Shown here one piece after another: positions 29,550 through 40,759 of a DNA stretch of 64,000 nt. The position numbers were made by a program, and so were the translations under genes. Each line of letters begins with the position of its first letter. The first letter of the stretch is position 1. Under the pieces are notes generated by a model. That model worked only from the letters and a program-made list of their open reading frames with translations, was not told the DNA's origin and ran no database searches. The stretch comes from an uncultured candidate division Zixibacteria bacterium. GTDB taxonomy: Bacteria; Zixibacteria; MSB-5A5; UBA10806. Location: NCBI GenBank assembly GCA_963817915.1, contig CAWFQL010000003.1:96001-160000 (forward strand), given 5' to 3'.

Positions 29550-29729
29550 CGGCTCGTAGTCCGGCAATTCCGGATTTTCAATCCGGCAATTGCCGGGCGT
29601 GAACTGGCGGGCGTGACGGCCAAAACTTTAGGGATGGCATGCTTATTCCAACCTGCTAATATCCGGGAATACATATCGCTTCACTCGCCCAGTTCACGCC
29701 CCGACATTTCATGTCGGGACTACGAGCCG
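29550..29729. repeat. REPIN-like inverted doublet of GTAG-headed palindromes (family A)
   Basis: CGGCTCGTAG-hairpin-GGCGTGAACTGG ... CCAGTTCACGCC-CCGACATTTCATGTCGG-GACTACGAGCCG. Confidence 0.75.
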
Positions 29730-29749
29730 GAGGGCCCGCGGCATTTTCC

Positions 29750-29800
29750 TGCGAGTCACGCCTTGGCGTGACCGCATCCCGTCCTCATTTGCGGTCAGTG
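29750..29800. repeat. Dispersed palindromic repeat (family B)
   Basis: TGCGAGTCACGCCTTGGCGTGACCGCA plus flank is a near-identical inverted copy of about 43700-43756. Confidence 0.75.
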
Positions 29801-29899
29801 TTAATCCGCCATTTGTTTGGCGGGCAAGTCGTGATACGCAGCAATAGTTTTCGCTGTCTATTGAGTGATAATTCATTTATTTTAGGCCGGGAGCTGATG

Positions 29900-30409
29900 A
29901 TGGAATCATTCGAAATCGAGGTCAAGCTGACTAAGGGCGATATTATTGAATATAATTTTATGCATATTCGCTGGCTGCTGCTTCTGGATATTATCGCATT
30001 TATAATACTTATTGTAGGAGTATATATTTCAATAATCTACCCGGACCGGGAAACAAGGGAGACGCTCGGCATGCTGGCATTCTGGTGGGCCGCGATCTTA
30101 GCGGTAGGGCTGTCGCAGCCCTTTGTGCTTATAATGCAGATATTGATTCTGAAAAGCCCGGCAGTCGAAAAACAGATGATGGCGCGAAGATATATTTTGG
30201 ATTCAACGGGTATTCATATCAAATCCGATGAGCGCGACGTCAATATGCCCTGGGCTAAAATAGAGATGGTCAGGGAGACACGAAAAATAGTGCTGATTTA
30301 TACCAATCCCAAGCTCGCCTATATAGTGCCTAAGAGATATTTCTCATCCAAAGACGAAATGAATAGATTTATTTTATTTCTATCTTCAAAAATCGGGAAA
30401 GATAGATAA
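29900..30409 (+). CDS. YcxB-like membrane protein
   Basis: GGAG SD, two TM helices, and C-terminal W..I..V.ET...LIY......IVPKRYF. Confidence 0.75.
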   Translation: MESFEIEVKLTKGDIIEYNFMHIRWLLLLDIIAFIILIVGVYISIIYPDRETRETLGMLAFWWAAILAVGLSQPFVLIMQILILKSPAVEKQMMARRYILDSTGIHIKSDERDVNMPWAKIEMVRETRKIVLIYTNPKLAYIVPKRYFSSKDEMNRFILFLSSKIGKDR

Positions 30410-30434
30410 AAAAAACCGCCTGGATAGGCGGCTT
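30408..30434 (-). terminator. Intrinsic terminator between convergent genes
   Basis: A run followed by CCGCC-TGGATA-GGCGG. Confidence 0.6.
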
Positions 30435-30457
30435 AATCAATGAAATCTTTTGGCTTT

Positions 30458-31042
30458 CTAAAATACCATTCTCAATCCGGCCGAAGCTGCGATAATATCT
30501 TTATCCGCGTCCAAATTCGAGACGATCCCGATATATCGTCCTTCAACAAAACAATATAAATTACTTTTCAATTTTCCTTCGATTCCCAACCCACCGGCTA
30601 AAAATGGCACTGTATGAAGGTGCACCGAGCGCAATTCATATTGATTTGTGCCGGTTAAGAGAACTTTGCGTTTCAATTCAAGGAAGTAAGCGCCAAATCC
30701 ACCTATAACATATCCGGAAAATTTCGATGAGATATCGAGACCCCTGTATTTCTCAAAGAACCCTGCCCCAAGACCGCTATATTGATGCTTGGTGCTCATA
30801 GTATCTTCTGGAAATGTCAAATAATAGGTCGATTTCCATTTTTCAAATTCAAGCTGCGTCACGAATTTCGAATCCGGAAGACCAAAATTGGCAGTAATTC
30901 CGCCGCCATAAGCAGTCGAATAGCCGCTTCCAGGGGATGCTACAATTGCCTTAACGCCCAGTCCAAAATGCCAGTATTCAGCTCCGGCGGCAACACCTGA
31001 TACTAATAGCAAAACCGCGCATATTCCGAAGATTTTCCTCAT
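30458..31042 (-). CDS. Small outer-membrane beta-barrel protein (8-strand OMP-like)
   Basis: Signal peptide, amphipathic strands (YVIGGFGAY, FVEGRY) and terminal Phe. Confidence 0.75.
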   Translation of the reverse strand: MRKIFGICAVLLLVSGVAAGAEYWHFGLGVKAIVASPGSGYSTAYGGGITANFGLPDSKFVTQLEFEKWKSTYYLTFPEDTMSTKHQYSGLGAGFFEKYRGLDISSKFSGYVIGGFGAYFLELKRKVLLTGTNQYELRSVHLHTVPFLAGGLGIEGKLKSNLYCFVEGRYIGIVSNLDADKDIIAASAGLRMVF

Positions 31043-31196
31043 CTAAATTTCTCCTTTTGCCACAAGTATTATCATTTCAACGGCGACTAATATAATCGAT
31101 GCTTTATAAAAGGGCAAGAAGCTATATGATTCTTTTAAAGAATTATTGGAAATCGATTAATATGAAATATTAGGAATTGGGATCAAGAATTATGAT

Positions 31197-31928
31197 TTAT
31201 TTCCGTTTAAGCTTGTCCATTCGAAATAGCTTTTTCAAGAATAGTCTCCAGACTCCGAAGACAGCTTCAATGACTATTCTCTTTGACATTTTGGACGATC
31301 CGGCGCGCCTGTCAATGAATAAAATCGGAATTTCCTTTAATCTAAATCCGGCTCTCCAGACATAGAAATTCATCTCGATCTGGAAGCCGTAACCATTGGA
31401 TTTAATTCGTTTGAGGTCCAGCCATTCAAGGACTTCACGCCGGAAGCATTTGAAACCGCCGGTGGGATCATTTACCGGCATACCGGTAATAAATCTGACA
31501 TAAATCGACGCGAAATATGAGAGCATCAAACGGGATAATGGCCAATTCACTATCGAAATACCGTTGCTGTACCGTGAACCGATAACAAGATCATTATCCT
31601 GAATCGTCTTACGAAAATCAGCGATATATTTGGGGTCATGCGAGAAATCAGCGTCCATTTCCATAAAATATCCGATTTGCGGCAGCTTTAGACCGAATGT
31701 AAATCCATCGACATAGGCGGTTCCCAATCCGAGCTTGCCGGGCCGTTTCAGGATGTGGATACGAGGATTGGTTTTGATCAATGATTCTACGATAGCTGCC
31801 GTACCATCGGGAGAATTGTCATCGATAATAAGAATTTCGATATCATCTCCCTGGGAAAGAACAGAGGAAATGATATTATTGATGTTTTCTTTCTCATTGT
31901 AAGTTGGAATGCACACTAAGATATTCAT
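31197..31928 (-). CDS. Polyprenol-phosphate mannose synthase-like GT2 (DPM1 family)
   Basis: IPTYNEKENI, DDNSPDGT, GLGTAY, MDADFSH and DPTGGFKCFRR. Confidence 0.92.
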   Translation of the reverse strand: MNILVCIPTYNEKENINNIISSVLSQGDDIEILIIDDNSPDGTAAIVESLIKTNPRIHILKRPGKLGLGTAYVDGFTFGLKLPQIGYFMEMDADFSHDPKYIADFRKTIQDNDLVIGSRYSNGISIVNWPLSRLMLSYFASIYVRFITGMPVNDPTGGFKCFRREVLEWLDLKRIKSNGYGFQIEMNFYVWRAGFRLKEIPILFIDRRAGSSKMSKRIVIEAVFGVWRLFLKKLFRMDKLKRK

Positions 31929-32893
31929 CGTACCCTCGAAGATAAAAGATAGCATATACCGCCTATTAAAAGCAAGCTCCAGTAACTGATTAAACGATCA
32001 CTGATAGTAATAGCTCCTGCAATATCTGGGGAAATTTTGACCGTCGTCAAAATCTTGAGCATCAGGAGTTCGACCAAGCCCAGGCCGGCTGGCGAAAGCG
32101 GAATGGACATCAGTATCAGCGAGGCCTGAGAAATAAAAATCGCGACTAAGAATCCGGCATTGATATCGAACGCCAAAAATACGAAATAAAGCCTCAGCGC
32201 CTCGGTCATCCAGATCGCCAGCGTCATTAAAACTATCAGGGGGAAAAGGGATGGAGATTTGAATAGTCCTGTTTTGAACGATACCAATTTACCTTTCCAT
32301 TTTTCGGGTACTAATTTGATAATTTGCGGCATCGCGAAAATGGTGGCCGCGAATACCAAGATTATTAATCCGATGACAATTAGCCCATAAGTCAGGTAGT
32401 TGGCCTCGCTGGTTCCGCTGATAAGAGACCAAAAGTATGTGCCTGAAAATACTACCAATATCGCGGCAATCGCCAGATCGAAAACCCGTTCCGAGAACAG
32501 CACGCCGAACGATAATGATAGCGGCACTTCCTTGTTCTTTTTGAGCAGATACGCGCGATAAATATCGCCGATACGCGCCGGCAAGACAGCATTGGCGAAC
32601 CATGACAGAAAATAATAATGAGACAATGGGTAGTACCCGATTTTGTGCCCGGCAGGTTTGAGCAGGACACCCCATCGTCCTCCCCTGAGCGGTAATGAGA
32701 TATAAAAAACCAGTATGGAAAGAATGAAATATGGCCACTTGGCTTTTGATAATGATTTCAAAGCCGTAGAGAGATCGAAATTTTTCAGGAAAATATAAAT
32801 GACGATCGCGGCGACCGCGAAACCGAGAAGAGTTCGAATGCTGAGCAGGTTTTCTTTTAGTCCGACTTTTTTATTTTCGATCTTTTCAGCCAA
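31925..32893 (-). CDS. Lysylphosphatidylglycerol-synthase TM / flippase-like membrane protein
   Basis: RW..LL, NAVLPARIGDIYRAY, ERVFD and P.SPAGLG..E; overlaps the GT2 start. Confidence 0.85.
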   Translation of the reverse strand: MAEKIENKKVGLKENLLSIRTLLGFAVAAIVIYIFLKNFDLSTALKSLSKAKWPYFILSILVFYISLPLRGGRWGVLLKPAGHKIGYYPLSHYYFLSWFANAVLPARIGDIYRAYLLKKNKEVPLSLSFGVLFSERVFDLAIAAILVVFSGTYFWSLISGTSEANYLTYGLIVIGLIILVFAATIFAMPQIIKLVPEKWKGKLVSFKTGLFKSPSLFPLIVLMTLAIWMTEALRLYFVFLAFDINAGFLVAIFISQASLILMSIPLSPAGLGLVELLMLKILTTVKISPDIAGAITISDRLISYWSLLLIGGICYLLSSRVR

Positions 32894-32990
32894 TAATTCC
32901 CCTGGATTAAAAAAGCTTAATATATATGGATGCTTTCATTATGGCAATTGATATTGCCTTTTATGACATGGAAAAGTATCTTGCAAATCT

Positions 32991-33776
32991 ATGAGAAGTT
33001 TCAAGTATTTCCTTTTGGATATCGAAGGCACTATTGTGCTCGACAAGCTTTATGCTCCGGTTCCAGGCGCGGTCAAATGGTACAATTCCCTTATTCATAA
33101 GGGTATCAGCGCGCATCTGGTGACAAATAATACGACCGAATCCCCCGATGATTTGTATAGTATACTCCGCAAAAAAGGGTTCGTTTTCGCAAAAAATGAT
33201 TTTTTCACATGTCTGACCGAGGCAGTTGTCAGAATGAAAAAACAAAATGTGAAAAGCTGTCTGACATTGGCAAAGCCTGCTGTCGGGAAATATCTCTTAA
33301 GCGAGGGTATCAAACCGAAAAAATCATTCGACGTCGACTCGGTGCTGGTTGGGTATGATCCAACATTAACATATCAAAAACTCAATTTGGCGGTGAAGGC
33401 GATAATTGATAATGGAGCGATTCTGTATACCCTTCACCGAAATCGCCGTTTCATGAATGAGAAACGAGAGATCGCCATGTCATCGGGCCCGATCGCGGCG
33501 GCATTGGAGAATGCCTGCATGGTGAAGGCGGTAGTCTGTGGCAAGCCGGACAGACATTTCTTTTTGGACAGCGTCAAAAGCTGGAATGTATCGCCTAATA
33601 AAATCCTGATGGTATCGGATGACCCATTCGCGGATCTGATCGGAGCTAAGAAGATCGGGATGAAAACATGCTGGGTCCTGACCGGTTCACAAAAAGACAG
33701 TTTGGCAGTGAAAAAAATTAAGAAGGAATATCGTCCTGATTATATTTTCGAAAGCGTTGTTGATATTCCGATATGA
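32991..33776 (+). CDS. HAD-IIA family hydrolase (NagD-like)
   Basis: LLDIEGT, VTNN, GKP and MVSDD...DLIGA. Confidence 0.85.
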   Translation: MRSFKYFLLDIEGTIVLDKLYAPVPGAVKWYNSLIHKGISAHLVTNNTTESPDDLYSILRKKGFVFAKNDFFTCLTEAVVRMKKQNVKSCLTLAKPAVGKYLLSEGIKPKKSFDVDSVLVGYDPTLTYQKLNLAVKAIIDNGAILYTLHRNRRFMNEKREIAMSSGPIAAALENACMVKAVVCGKPDRHFFLDSVKSWNVSPNKILMVSDDPFADLIGAKKIGMKTCWVLTGSQKDSLAVKKIKKEYRPDYIFESVVDIPI

Positions 33777-33843
33777 TAGCGATAACTATATTTAGAAACC
33801 ATTTCATTTATTAGCATTTAATGGATATATTGAGGTTAGAGAT

Positions 33844-34935
33844 ATGCTGCAATTAGGAATCATAGGACTGCCATTATCGGGTAAGACATCGGTCTTCAAC
33901 GCTCTCACCGGCTCGACCGCCGCGGTCGGCGACTATTCGACATCGAAGGGAGCCAATCTTGCTATCGTGAAAGTCCCCGATAAACGGATAGACAGGCTGG
34001 TCGAAATATTCAGCCCGAAAAAAATCACGAAGGCCGAAATCGAATATATCGATATAGCGGGTTTAACTAAGGACGCTTCGTCAGACAAAAAGAAAGAAGC
34101 GGCCTACGCGCAATCGATCCGCCAAACCGACGCACTACTTCATGTCGTGCGATGCTTTGAAAACCCCAATGTACCCCATCCCGATGGCACAGTGGATCCC
34201 AAACGAGATATTGCCGAAGTCGATTCTGAGCTAATATTGGCCGACATGGTGATGATCGAAAGCAGGGTTGCCAAGCTTGCTCATAACATCAAAGTTACCC
34301 ACAAGCCGCAGGATGAAACCGAACTTGCGATTTTACAGAAATGCCAGAAGACATTGGAGGATGAAAAGCCGCTTCGAGTACTGCAATTGACCGACGATGA
34401 AAGAAAGGCAATTGGCGGATTCCGTTTCCTGACAGAAAAGCCAATGCTTTATATTTTGAATCTCGGCGAGGATCAATTGCCTCAATGGGAAAAATGGGAG
34501 AGCGACTTTTCCAATCTCACCAAGAACGCCAATTCATCATTGGCACATATCTGCGCGCCAATACAAATGGATATCGCTGGTCTTGATGATAGCGAGCAAG
34601 CCGATTTTATGAAGGAGCTGGGAATAGCGGAATTGGCATCGGATACGATAATCAGGAAATCATTCGATCTTTTGGGCATGATAACCTTTCTGACCGGCGG
34701 CGAGCCCGAGGTTCATTCATGGCCGATACGCCGGGGGATCAACGCTCAAAAGGCAGCCGGCGAAATCCACAGCGATCTCGAACGGGGCTTTATCAGGGCG
34801 GAGGTTGTCTCGTACGCCGACTTGGATCGGCTCGGCAGCTGGACCAAGGCCAAGGAAGAGGGGAAGCTTCATCTCCACGGCAAAGACTACATCATGCAAG
34901 ATGGGGATGTTGTCCTCATTAGGTTTAATGTGTAA
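33844..34935 (+). CDS. ychF: Redox-regulated ATPase YchF
   Basis: GIIGLP..GKTS, DIAGL, HVVRCF, IHSDLERGFIRAEV and GKDYIMQDGDV. Confidence 0.95.
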   Translation: MLQLGIIGLPLSGKTSVFNALTGSTAAVGDYSTSKGANLAIVKVPDKRIDRLVEIFSPKKITKAEIEYIDIAGLTKDASSDKKKEAAYAQSIRQTDALLHVVRCFENPNVPHPDGTVDPKRDIAEVDSELILADMVMIESRVAKLAHNIKVTHKPQDETELAILQKCQKTLEDEKPLRVLQLTDDERKAIGGFRFLTEKPMLYILNLGEDQLPQWEKWESDFSNLTKNANSSLAHICAPIQMDIAGLDDSEQADFMKELGIAELASDTIIRKSFDLLGMITFLTGGEPEVHSWPIRRGINAQKAAGEIHSDLERGFIRAEVVSYADLDRLGSWTKAKEEGKLHLHGKDYIMQDGDVVLIRFNV

Positions 34936-35090
34936 TTACAGCGATTTAAAGCACTTCTAATCTGAATTTAGATTGCACACTATCGATTTAGCTTATATAT
35001 AAAAATAGCGGTTTTTTTATTGTCGGAAGCGCATTTGAGGACTTCTTTGCCGATAATAAAAAAGAGTTTACCGTCGATGGGAGATTGTTC

Positions 35091-35396
35091 ATGTTCCAGG
35101 AAGGGAAGATAAAATTCAGGACATTCAGCCTCGAAATAAAAAAGAGGCCGATTCCCAATAGCTACCTCGTGATATTCGGCGGAGGAACCGATATTGATTC
35201 TAAAGGCTGGGAATCATCGAGCGGCGATCGCAAAAAATTCGAGGAAGATTTCAAATTCATGTGGAACCCATTCGACGCGCCCTCGAATAAAAAAGGGGAA
35301 TATGTAATCAAAATTTCCTCCGATGAAAAGCTCGACAAATTTCAAAAATGGATTCAAAGCCAGGTCAAACAATACGGGGGTATTGTAGAAGATTGA
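35091..35396 (+). CDS. Hypothetical protein
   Basis: ORF between ychF and lon with GGGAG upstream; an alternative TTG start lies at 35085. Confidence 0.6.
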   Translation: MFQEGKIKFRTFSLEIKKRPIPNSYLVIFGGGTDIDSKGWESSSGDRKKFEEDFKFMWNPFDAPSNKKGEYVIKISSDEKLDKFQKWIQSQVKQYGGIVED

Positions 35397-35457
35397 AAAC
35401 TATGCTATTATATTACGGCGTGTGTGATTGATGTGAAAATAGTTTCCGGGAGGAATA

Positions 35458-37905
35458 TTGGCGGACAATAATATTAAGGACGAAGCGCAAAGCCCACCTG
35501 AGATCGATACCGAAAAAATTACCAAAGCGGAATTAGCGATATTGCCCATAAAATCGGCCGTGGTATTTCCATCACTGGTGATGCCATTGATGATATCCGA
35601 GCCGAAATATGCCAAGCTCATCGATGATGCCCTAATGGCCGGCGACCCGATCGTTTTGATAACTCAAAAAGACCCGGAAGATGATTTTCCTCCACCCGAG
35701 AAACTTTACGAAGTCGGAACGGTCGGCGCTATCCTGAAAATGCTGAGATTCCCGGACGGTTCGGTTCGATTCTTGGTTCAGGGATTGCAGAGGGTAAAGA
35801 TCAAGAACTATACGGCGACCGAGCCATATTTAAAGGGCAAGGTCGAGGCTGTCGAGGAGACCGCTTCGCAGACTGTCGAAACCGAAGCCCAGATGCGGAA
35901 CATACTCGAGCAATTGAAAAAAGTAATTCAATTAGCCCCTTATCTGCCGGACGATCTACAGGTTTCCGCGATGAACACCGAAGACCCATCGAAACTATCC
36001 GATTTGATCGCCTCGAATTTGAATATCAGCACAACCCAGAAGCAGGAAATACTCGAGATATTCAATGTCAACGAACGACTCAAAAAACTGACTTTCCTTA
36101 TTACCAAGGAAATCGAGGTTTTGGAGATGTCGAAAAAGATTCAATCCGAGGCCGCCAGTGAGATGGGAAAATCGCAAAGAGAATATATTCTGCGCGAGCA
36201 GTTGAAGGCTATTCAAAAAGAGCTTGGCGAGACCGATGACCGCACGATGGATTTGGAGGAATTCAAATCGAAAATCGAGGCCGCCAAAATGCCGGTTGAG
36301 GCGAAAGAAGTTGCCGAAAAGGAATTGGACAGGCTTTCGAAAATGAATCCATCGGCGGCGGAATACACTGTCAGCCGCACTTATCTCGACTGGCTGGTAG
36401 CGTTGCCGTGGTCGGTTTCCACTGAGGATGTTCTCGATATCAAAAAAGCGCAGGAGATACTCGACGAGGATCATTACGATTTAGAAAAGGTCAAAGAGAG
36501 AATATTGGAATATCTCGCCGTTCGCAAATTGAAATCAGATTTAAAGGGCCCGATACTTTGCTTCCTCGGCCCTCCCGGAGTGGGCAAGACATCGTTGGGC
36601 CGTTCGATCGCGCGCGCCATGGGACGGAAATTTCACAGGATATCATTGGGTGGTGTGCGCGATGAAGCCGAGATCAGGGGTCATCGCAGGACATATATCG
36701 GGGCTCTTCCGGGCAGAGTGATTCAGGGTCTGCGCAAATCTGGGTCGAACAATCCGATATTCATGCTCGATGAAATCGATAAAATCGGGCAGGATTTCCG
36801 GGGCGATCCGTCATCGGCGCTTCTGGAAGTACTCGATCCCGAACAGAATTTCAGCTTCAGCGATCACTACCTTGATGTCGTTTTCGATCTTTCGAAGGTG
36901 ATGTTTATCACCACTGCCAATATGCTGGAGACAATTCCGCCGGTATTGCTCGATCGAATGGAAGTAATAACATTGACGGGCTATACCGATATGGAAAAAC
37001 TGGCGATCACCAAGAAATATTTGATTCCACGAAATTTAGAAGATCATGGTTTGAGCGCCCATCATATTTCGATCTCCGATGCGGCGATCAAGAAAGCTAT
37101 TTCCGATTATACGAGGGAATCCGGCCTGCGCAATCTCAACCGCGAAATTGGATCAATCTGCCGTAAGGTGGCGCGCAAAATAGCGGCAGGTGAAATCAGC
37201 GATATCAAAATTGACCCTGAGAAGGTCAGAGAATTTTTGGGGCCGGAACGATTCTTCCAGGAGGTCACCGATAGGATGTCTCATGTGGGAGTGGTGCCGG
37301 CGTTGGCCTGGACATCATCCGGAGGAGATATTCTTTTCGTGGAAGCATCGAAGATGCCGGGGAAAAAAGGACTAATATTAACCGGACAGCTTGGCGATGT
37401 CATGAAGGAATCGATAAGGGCGGCGTTATCATATCTGCAATCGCATCAAAAGGAATTGGGGATTCCCAATTCCGAATTCGAAACACATGATTTTCATGTG
37501 CATGTGCCGGCGGGCGCAACTCCGAAGGACGGACCATCGGCGGGGATTACCATGTGCACGGCGTTGGCATCGGTGCTTCTTAATAGGCCGGTGACTCCGA
37601 ATCTTGCCATGACCGGCGAAATAACTTTGCGGGGCGATGTCCTGCCGATAGGCGGGATCAAGCAAAAAGCGTTGGCGGCGTACAGGGCCGGGATTAAGAA
37701 GGTAATTATTCCCAAGAGAAATTTGAGCGATCTCGAAGAAGTGCCATTGGAGATCAAGAACAAAGTCGAATTTATTCCAGTGGAAAAAGTGCGCGATGTC
37801 TTATGGCACGCATTGGGGATAAAAATGGGCGCGACACGATTAGTAAAACCCAGTCAGCCTAAAAAGGTCAACAAGACTGCAAAGAAGAAAGCTCGAAAGA
37901 GATAA
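35458..37905 (+). CDS. lon: ATP-dependent Lon protease
   Basis: GGAGG plus TTG start. Motifs GPPGVGKTS, RGHRRTY, DEIDK, PKDGPSAG and PIGGIKQK. Confidence 0.97.
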   Translation: MADNNIKDEAQSPPEIDTEKITKAELAILPIKSAVVFPSLVMPLMISEPKYAKLIDDALMAGDPIVLITQKDPEDDFPPPEKLYEVGTVGAILKMLRFPDGSVRFLVQGLQRVKIKNYTATEPYLKGKVEAVEETASQTVETEAQMRNILEQLKKVIQLAPYLPDDLQVSAMNTEDPSKLSDLIASNLNISTTQKQEILEIFNVNERLKKLTFLITKEIEVLEMSKKIQSEAASEMGKSQREYILREQLKAIQKELGETDDRTMDLEEFKSKIEAAKMPVEAKEVAEKELDRLSKMNPSAAEYTVSRTYLDWLVALPWSVSTEDVLDIKKAQEILDEDHYDLEKVKERILEYLAVRKLKSDLKGPILCFLGPPGVGKTSLGRSIARAMGRKFHRISLGGVRDEAEIRGHRRTYIGALPGRVIQGLRKSGSNNPIFMLDEIDKIGQDFRGDPSSALLEVLDPEQNFSFSDHYLDVVFDLSKVMFITTANMLETIPPVLLDRMEVITLTGYTDMEKLAITKKYLIPRNLEDHGLSAHHISISDAAIKKAISDYTRESGLRNLNREIGSICRKVARKIAAGEISDIKIDPEKVREFLGPERFFQEVTDRMSHVGVVPALAWTSSGGDILFVEASKMPGKKGLILTGQLGDVMKESIRAALSYLQSHQKELGIPNSEFETHDFHVHVPAGATPKDGPSAGITMCTALASVLLNRPVTPNLAMTGEITLRGDVLPIGGIKQKALAAYRAGIKKVIIPKRNLSDLEEVPLEIKNKVEFIPVEKVRDVLWHALGIKMGATRLVKPSQPKKVNKTAKKKARKR

Positions 37906-37933
37906 AATCGAAATTGAGATAATTTGATATGAC

Positions 37934-37962
37934 GGGCGGAGGAATACTTCGCCCTTTGTATT
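37934..37962 (+). terminator. lon terminator
   Basis: GGGCGGAG-GAATA-CTTCGCCC followed by a T-rich tract. Confidence 0.6.
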
Positions 37963-38047
37963 TGTGGATTTTTTTATTTCAGGTTTTCGTTTATTTCATC
38001 CAATTCATTCAATTTTGAAATTTCGAAAGTCATTGCATTAATCATTC

Positions 38048-38372
38048 GCGCCACATTAAGACCGCCATCAGGCGGTTAAAATGTGGCGCTGGATCCCAGG
38101 ATCCAAATCGTCACATCGTCCGGCTGTCGCCGGACCAGAAAGCGGGGCCCCCGACCTTCCACTTATAGGGGGTTATCAAAACAAATGCTGATTGAACATG
38201 TTTTTGAAAATTGCTGTCGGGTTTCTCACTCGCTACGCTCGTTCGGAACCGCGACCTACGGCTACGCCTAAATGCCACAATAGAAGATGTCAATTGGGGG
38301 CAGTCAAGGATGACTGCCACCCAAGAACGAAGAAATCGCGATCGCAGTAAACTGCGAACGCAATTAAATGGA
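38048..38372. repeat. Cluster of palindromic REP-like elements (includes family C)
   Basis: Hairpins GCGCCACATT..AATGTGGCGC, GTCCGGC..GCCGGAC, GTCGGGTT...CGACCTAC and GGCAGTCA..TGACTGCC. Confidence 0.55.
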
Positions 38373-38439
38373 TTAAGAAGAGTATTTAATATTCCGTTAC
38401 CGCTTGACAGTGATTGTCAAAATTGATTTTATGTTATCC

Positions 38440-40189
38440 ATGAGAAACGGGAAACGTTCATCGCTGTGGCTATTAAAGCCCTACATGCTAAAATATAAAA
38501 AGCTATGGATTGCCGGATTTATATCGGTGACAGTATCAACAGCATTTGCGGTCGCGGCACCGTGGATTTTGAAGAACGCGATAAATTCATTGAGTACCAA
38601 TGTTACTACCGATGGATTGCTCGGATATGGTTTCGCGATTGTCGGCGTGACAATCATGTCAGGGATTCTTACGTATTTCATGCGTCAGACAATGATTGTA
38701 GCATCGAGGCGGATCGAGTATGATTTCCGCAACGATTTCTTCGCGCATCTAATGAAATTGGATAAACCATTTTACGATAAAACTCCGACCGGCGATATCA
38801 TGGCCAAGGCTACTAACGATATCGATGCTGTCAGGAATATGATCGGGCCGGGGATTATGTATTTTTATTCGACAGGGATGACGCTGATATTCGCGTTGAC
38901 ATTGATGATGAATATAAGTGTCAGCCTGACGTTTCTTTCGATATTGCCGATGCCGATTATTTCGGTCTTAGTATTCCTGTTGGGCCGCGAGCTCAATAAG
39001 CGATTTGCCGTGATTCAAAAACAATATTCGACAATCACCGCCAGAGCGCAAGAGAGCTTTTCAGGTATTCGTGTGGTAAAGGCGTATGTGCAGGAAAACG
39101 CGGAATTAGATGATTTTTCGAAATTGAATAAAGACTATATGACAATGAATATGTCGATGGTCAAAATCTGGGGGATGTTTTTCCCCGCAATTGTGCTCTT
39201 CAGCGGAACGGCAGTCGTGATGGTGCTCTGGTTCGGCGGTAAGGCAGTAATCGCGGATAAAATCGGAATCGGCGAATTCGTGGCGTTCATAATGTATCTT
39301 CTAATGCTGATCTGGCCGATGGCGGCTTTGGGATGGGTGATCAGTATGTATCAGCAGGGGAAGGCGTCGATGGTCAGGTTAGAATCGATGCTGAATTCTC
39401 AGCCGATAGTGCAGAACAATGTCAATGCGGCAGCCCGTCCCATAATGGGGAAAATTGAATTTCGCAATTTGAGATTTTCATATGATAATAAAGAAGTAAT
39501 TAATGGGATCGACGCCGTAATTGAAGCCGGAACCAATGTAGCAATCATAGGGGCAACCGGCAGTGGAAAGACGACGCTGGTTTCGCTGTTGACATTGGCG
39601 TATCCCGTAGAGCGCGGGATGATATTCATCGATGATATCGATATAAATGAATATACATCTGGAATCGCTTCGTTCGCAGATTTCGCCGGTAATGCAAGAG
39701 ACGTTTCTATTTTCGGAGACTATCAAGAGCAATATCTCTTACGGAAATTACGGGCAGGGCATAGAGAGCGTGATGAATTCCGCCGCCGCTGCCGGAATCT
39801 CGAAAGAGATAAATGAATTTCCACATAAGTATGATACGATAGTCGGTGAACGAGGGATAACATTATCAGGCGGACAGAAACAGAGGACGGCATTAGCAAG
39901 AGCGTTAGCGGCAGACCCGAGAGTGCTGATTTTGGATGACGCGTTTTCATCGGTGGATACGCATACCGAAGAAGAGATATTAACCAATATCAGGCAGATT
40001 CTGCATGGGCGGACAAGCTTCATGATATCGCACAGGATATCCACAGTCAAAGATGCCGATTTGATATTGGTAATGGCCGACGGCAAAATCATCGAACGGG
40101 GGACGCACGCCGAGCTCTTGGAATTGAACGGCTTCTACAAAGAGCTCTATCAACGTCAGCTTATCAAGGAAGAGTTAGAAGCGCTTTGA
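38440..40189 (+). CDS. ABC exporter TMD-NBD half (MdlA/YheI-like); frameshift near 39651
   Basis: Six-TM domain, GATGSGKT, LSGGQ and degenerate Walker B ILDDAF; start may be 38431. Confidence 0.9.
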
Positions 40190-40737
40190 GCTTTCTCTCC
40201 AATCAGGTTGAACGGATGGAAGAACTTTACGGCCATCCGGATCAGCTTTCAATCACAATCGAAACATCGCAATCAGAATTAAATCGTATTAGAGACAGCA
40301 TGCATCATGGACGCGCCCATGATGTGACGATGTTTATTCGTAAAGGGGATGAATATATTTTTATCGCCAAACCGTTCTACCCGCCGGGGCTGTATCGCGC
40401 GCCATCGGGCGGAGTTCACAGGGGCGAGGATTTTATCGCGGGCGCCAAACGAGAGGCGATGGAAGAGACCGGAGTGGCAATCGAAATTGAAAAATATATA
40501 ATCAGAATTAAAGCTCGTTTTGAATCGGCATCCGATCATATCGATTGGACTTCGCATGTCTTCATGGCCAGATATTTGAGCGGCGAAATTAATCCAATAG
40601 ATACGGACGAAATCAGCGAGGCGCGGTTGGTGCGACTTGAGGAGATACAAAAATTCAGGGAAATCATGCTAGCATCGGATAGAGCGGGGTTTAAGTATAG
40701 GGCGTTTTTGACTGATGAAGCGGTTAAGAGGTTGTAA
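40186..40737 (+). CDS. NUDIX hydrolase
   Basis: Nudix box GGVHRGEDFIAGAKREAMEETG. Confidence 0.85.
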   Translation: MSFLSNQVERMEELYGHPDQLSITIETSQSELNRIRDSMHHGRAHDVTMFIRKGDEYIFIAKPFYPPGLYRAPSGGVHRGEDFIAGAKREAMEETGVAIEIEKYIIRIKARFESASDHIDWTSHVFMARYLSGEINPIDTDEISEARLVRLEEIQKFREIMLASDRAGFKYRAFLTDEAVKRL

Positions 40738-40759
40738 ATATTAATTTATCACAGAAGTC

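Noticed and set aside
29711..29899. N-terminal extensions of the YcxB-like, lepA (to 43765) and PaaI (from 43593) ORFs
   Set aside because: They run through REP repeats, and better starts lie downstream.
38404..38420. TTGACA-N5-TGTCAA palindrome as an FNR-type site
   Set aside because: The spacing and sequence do not match TTGAT-N4-ATCAA, and a single instance cannot be assigned.
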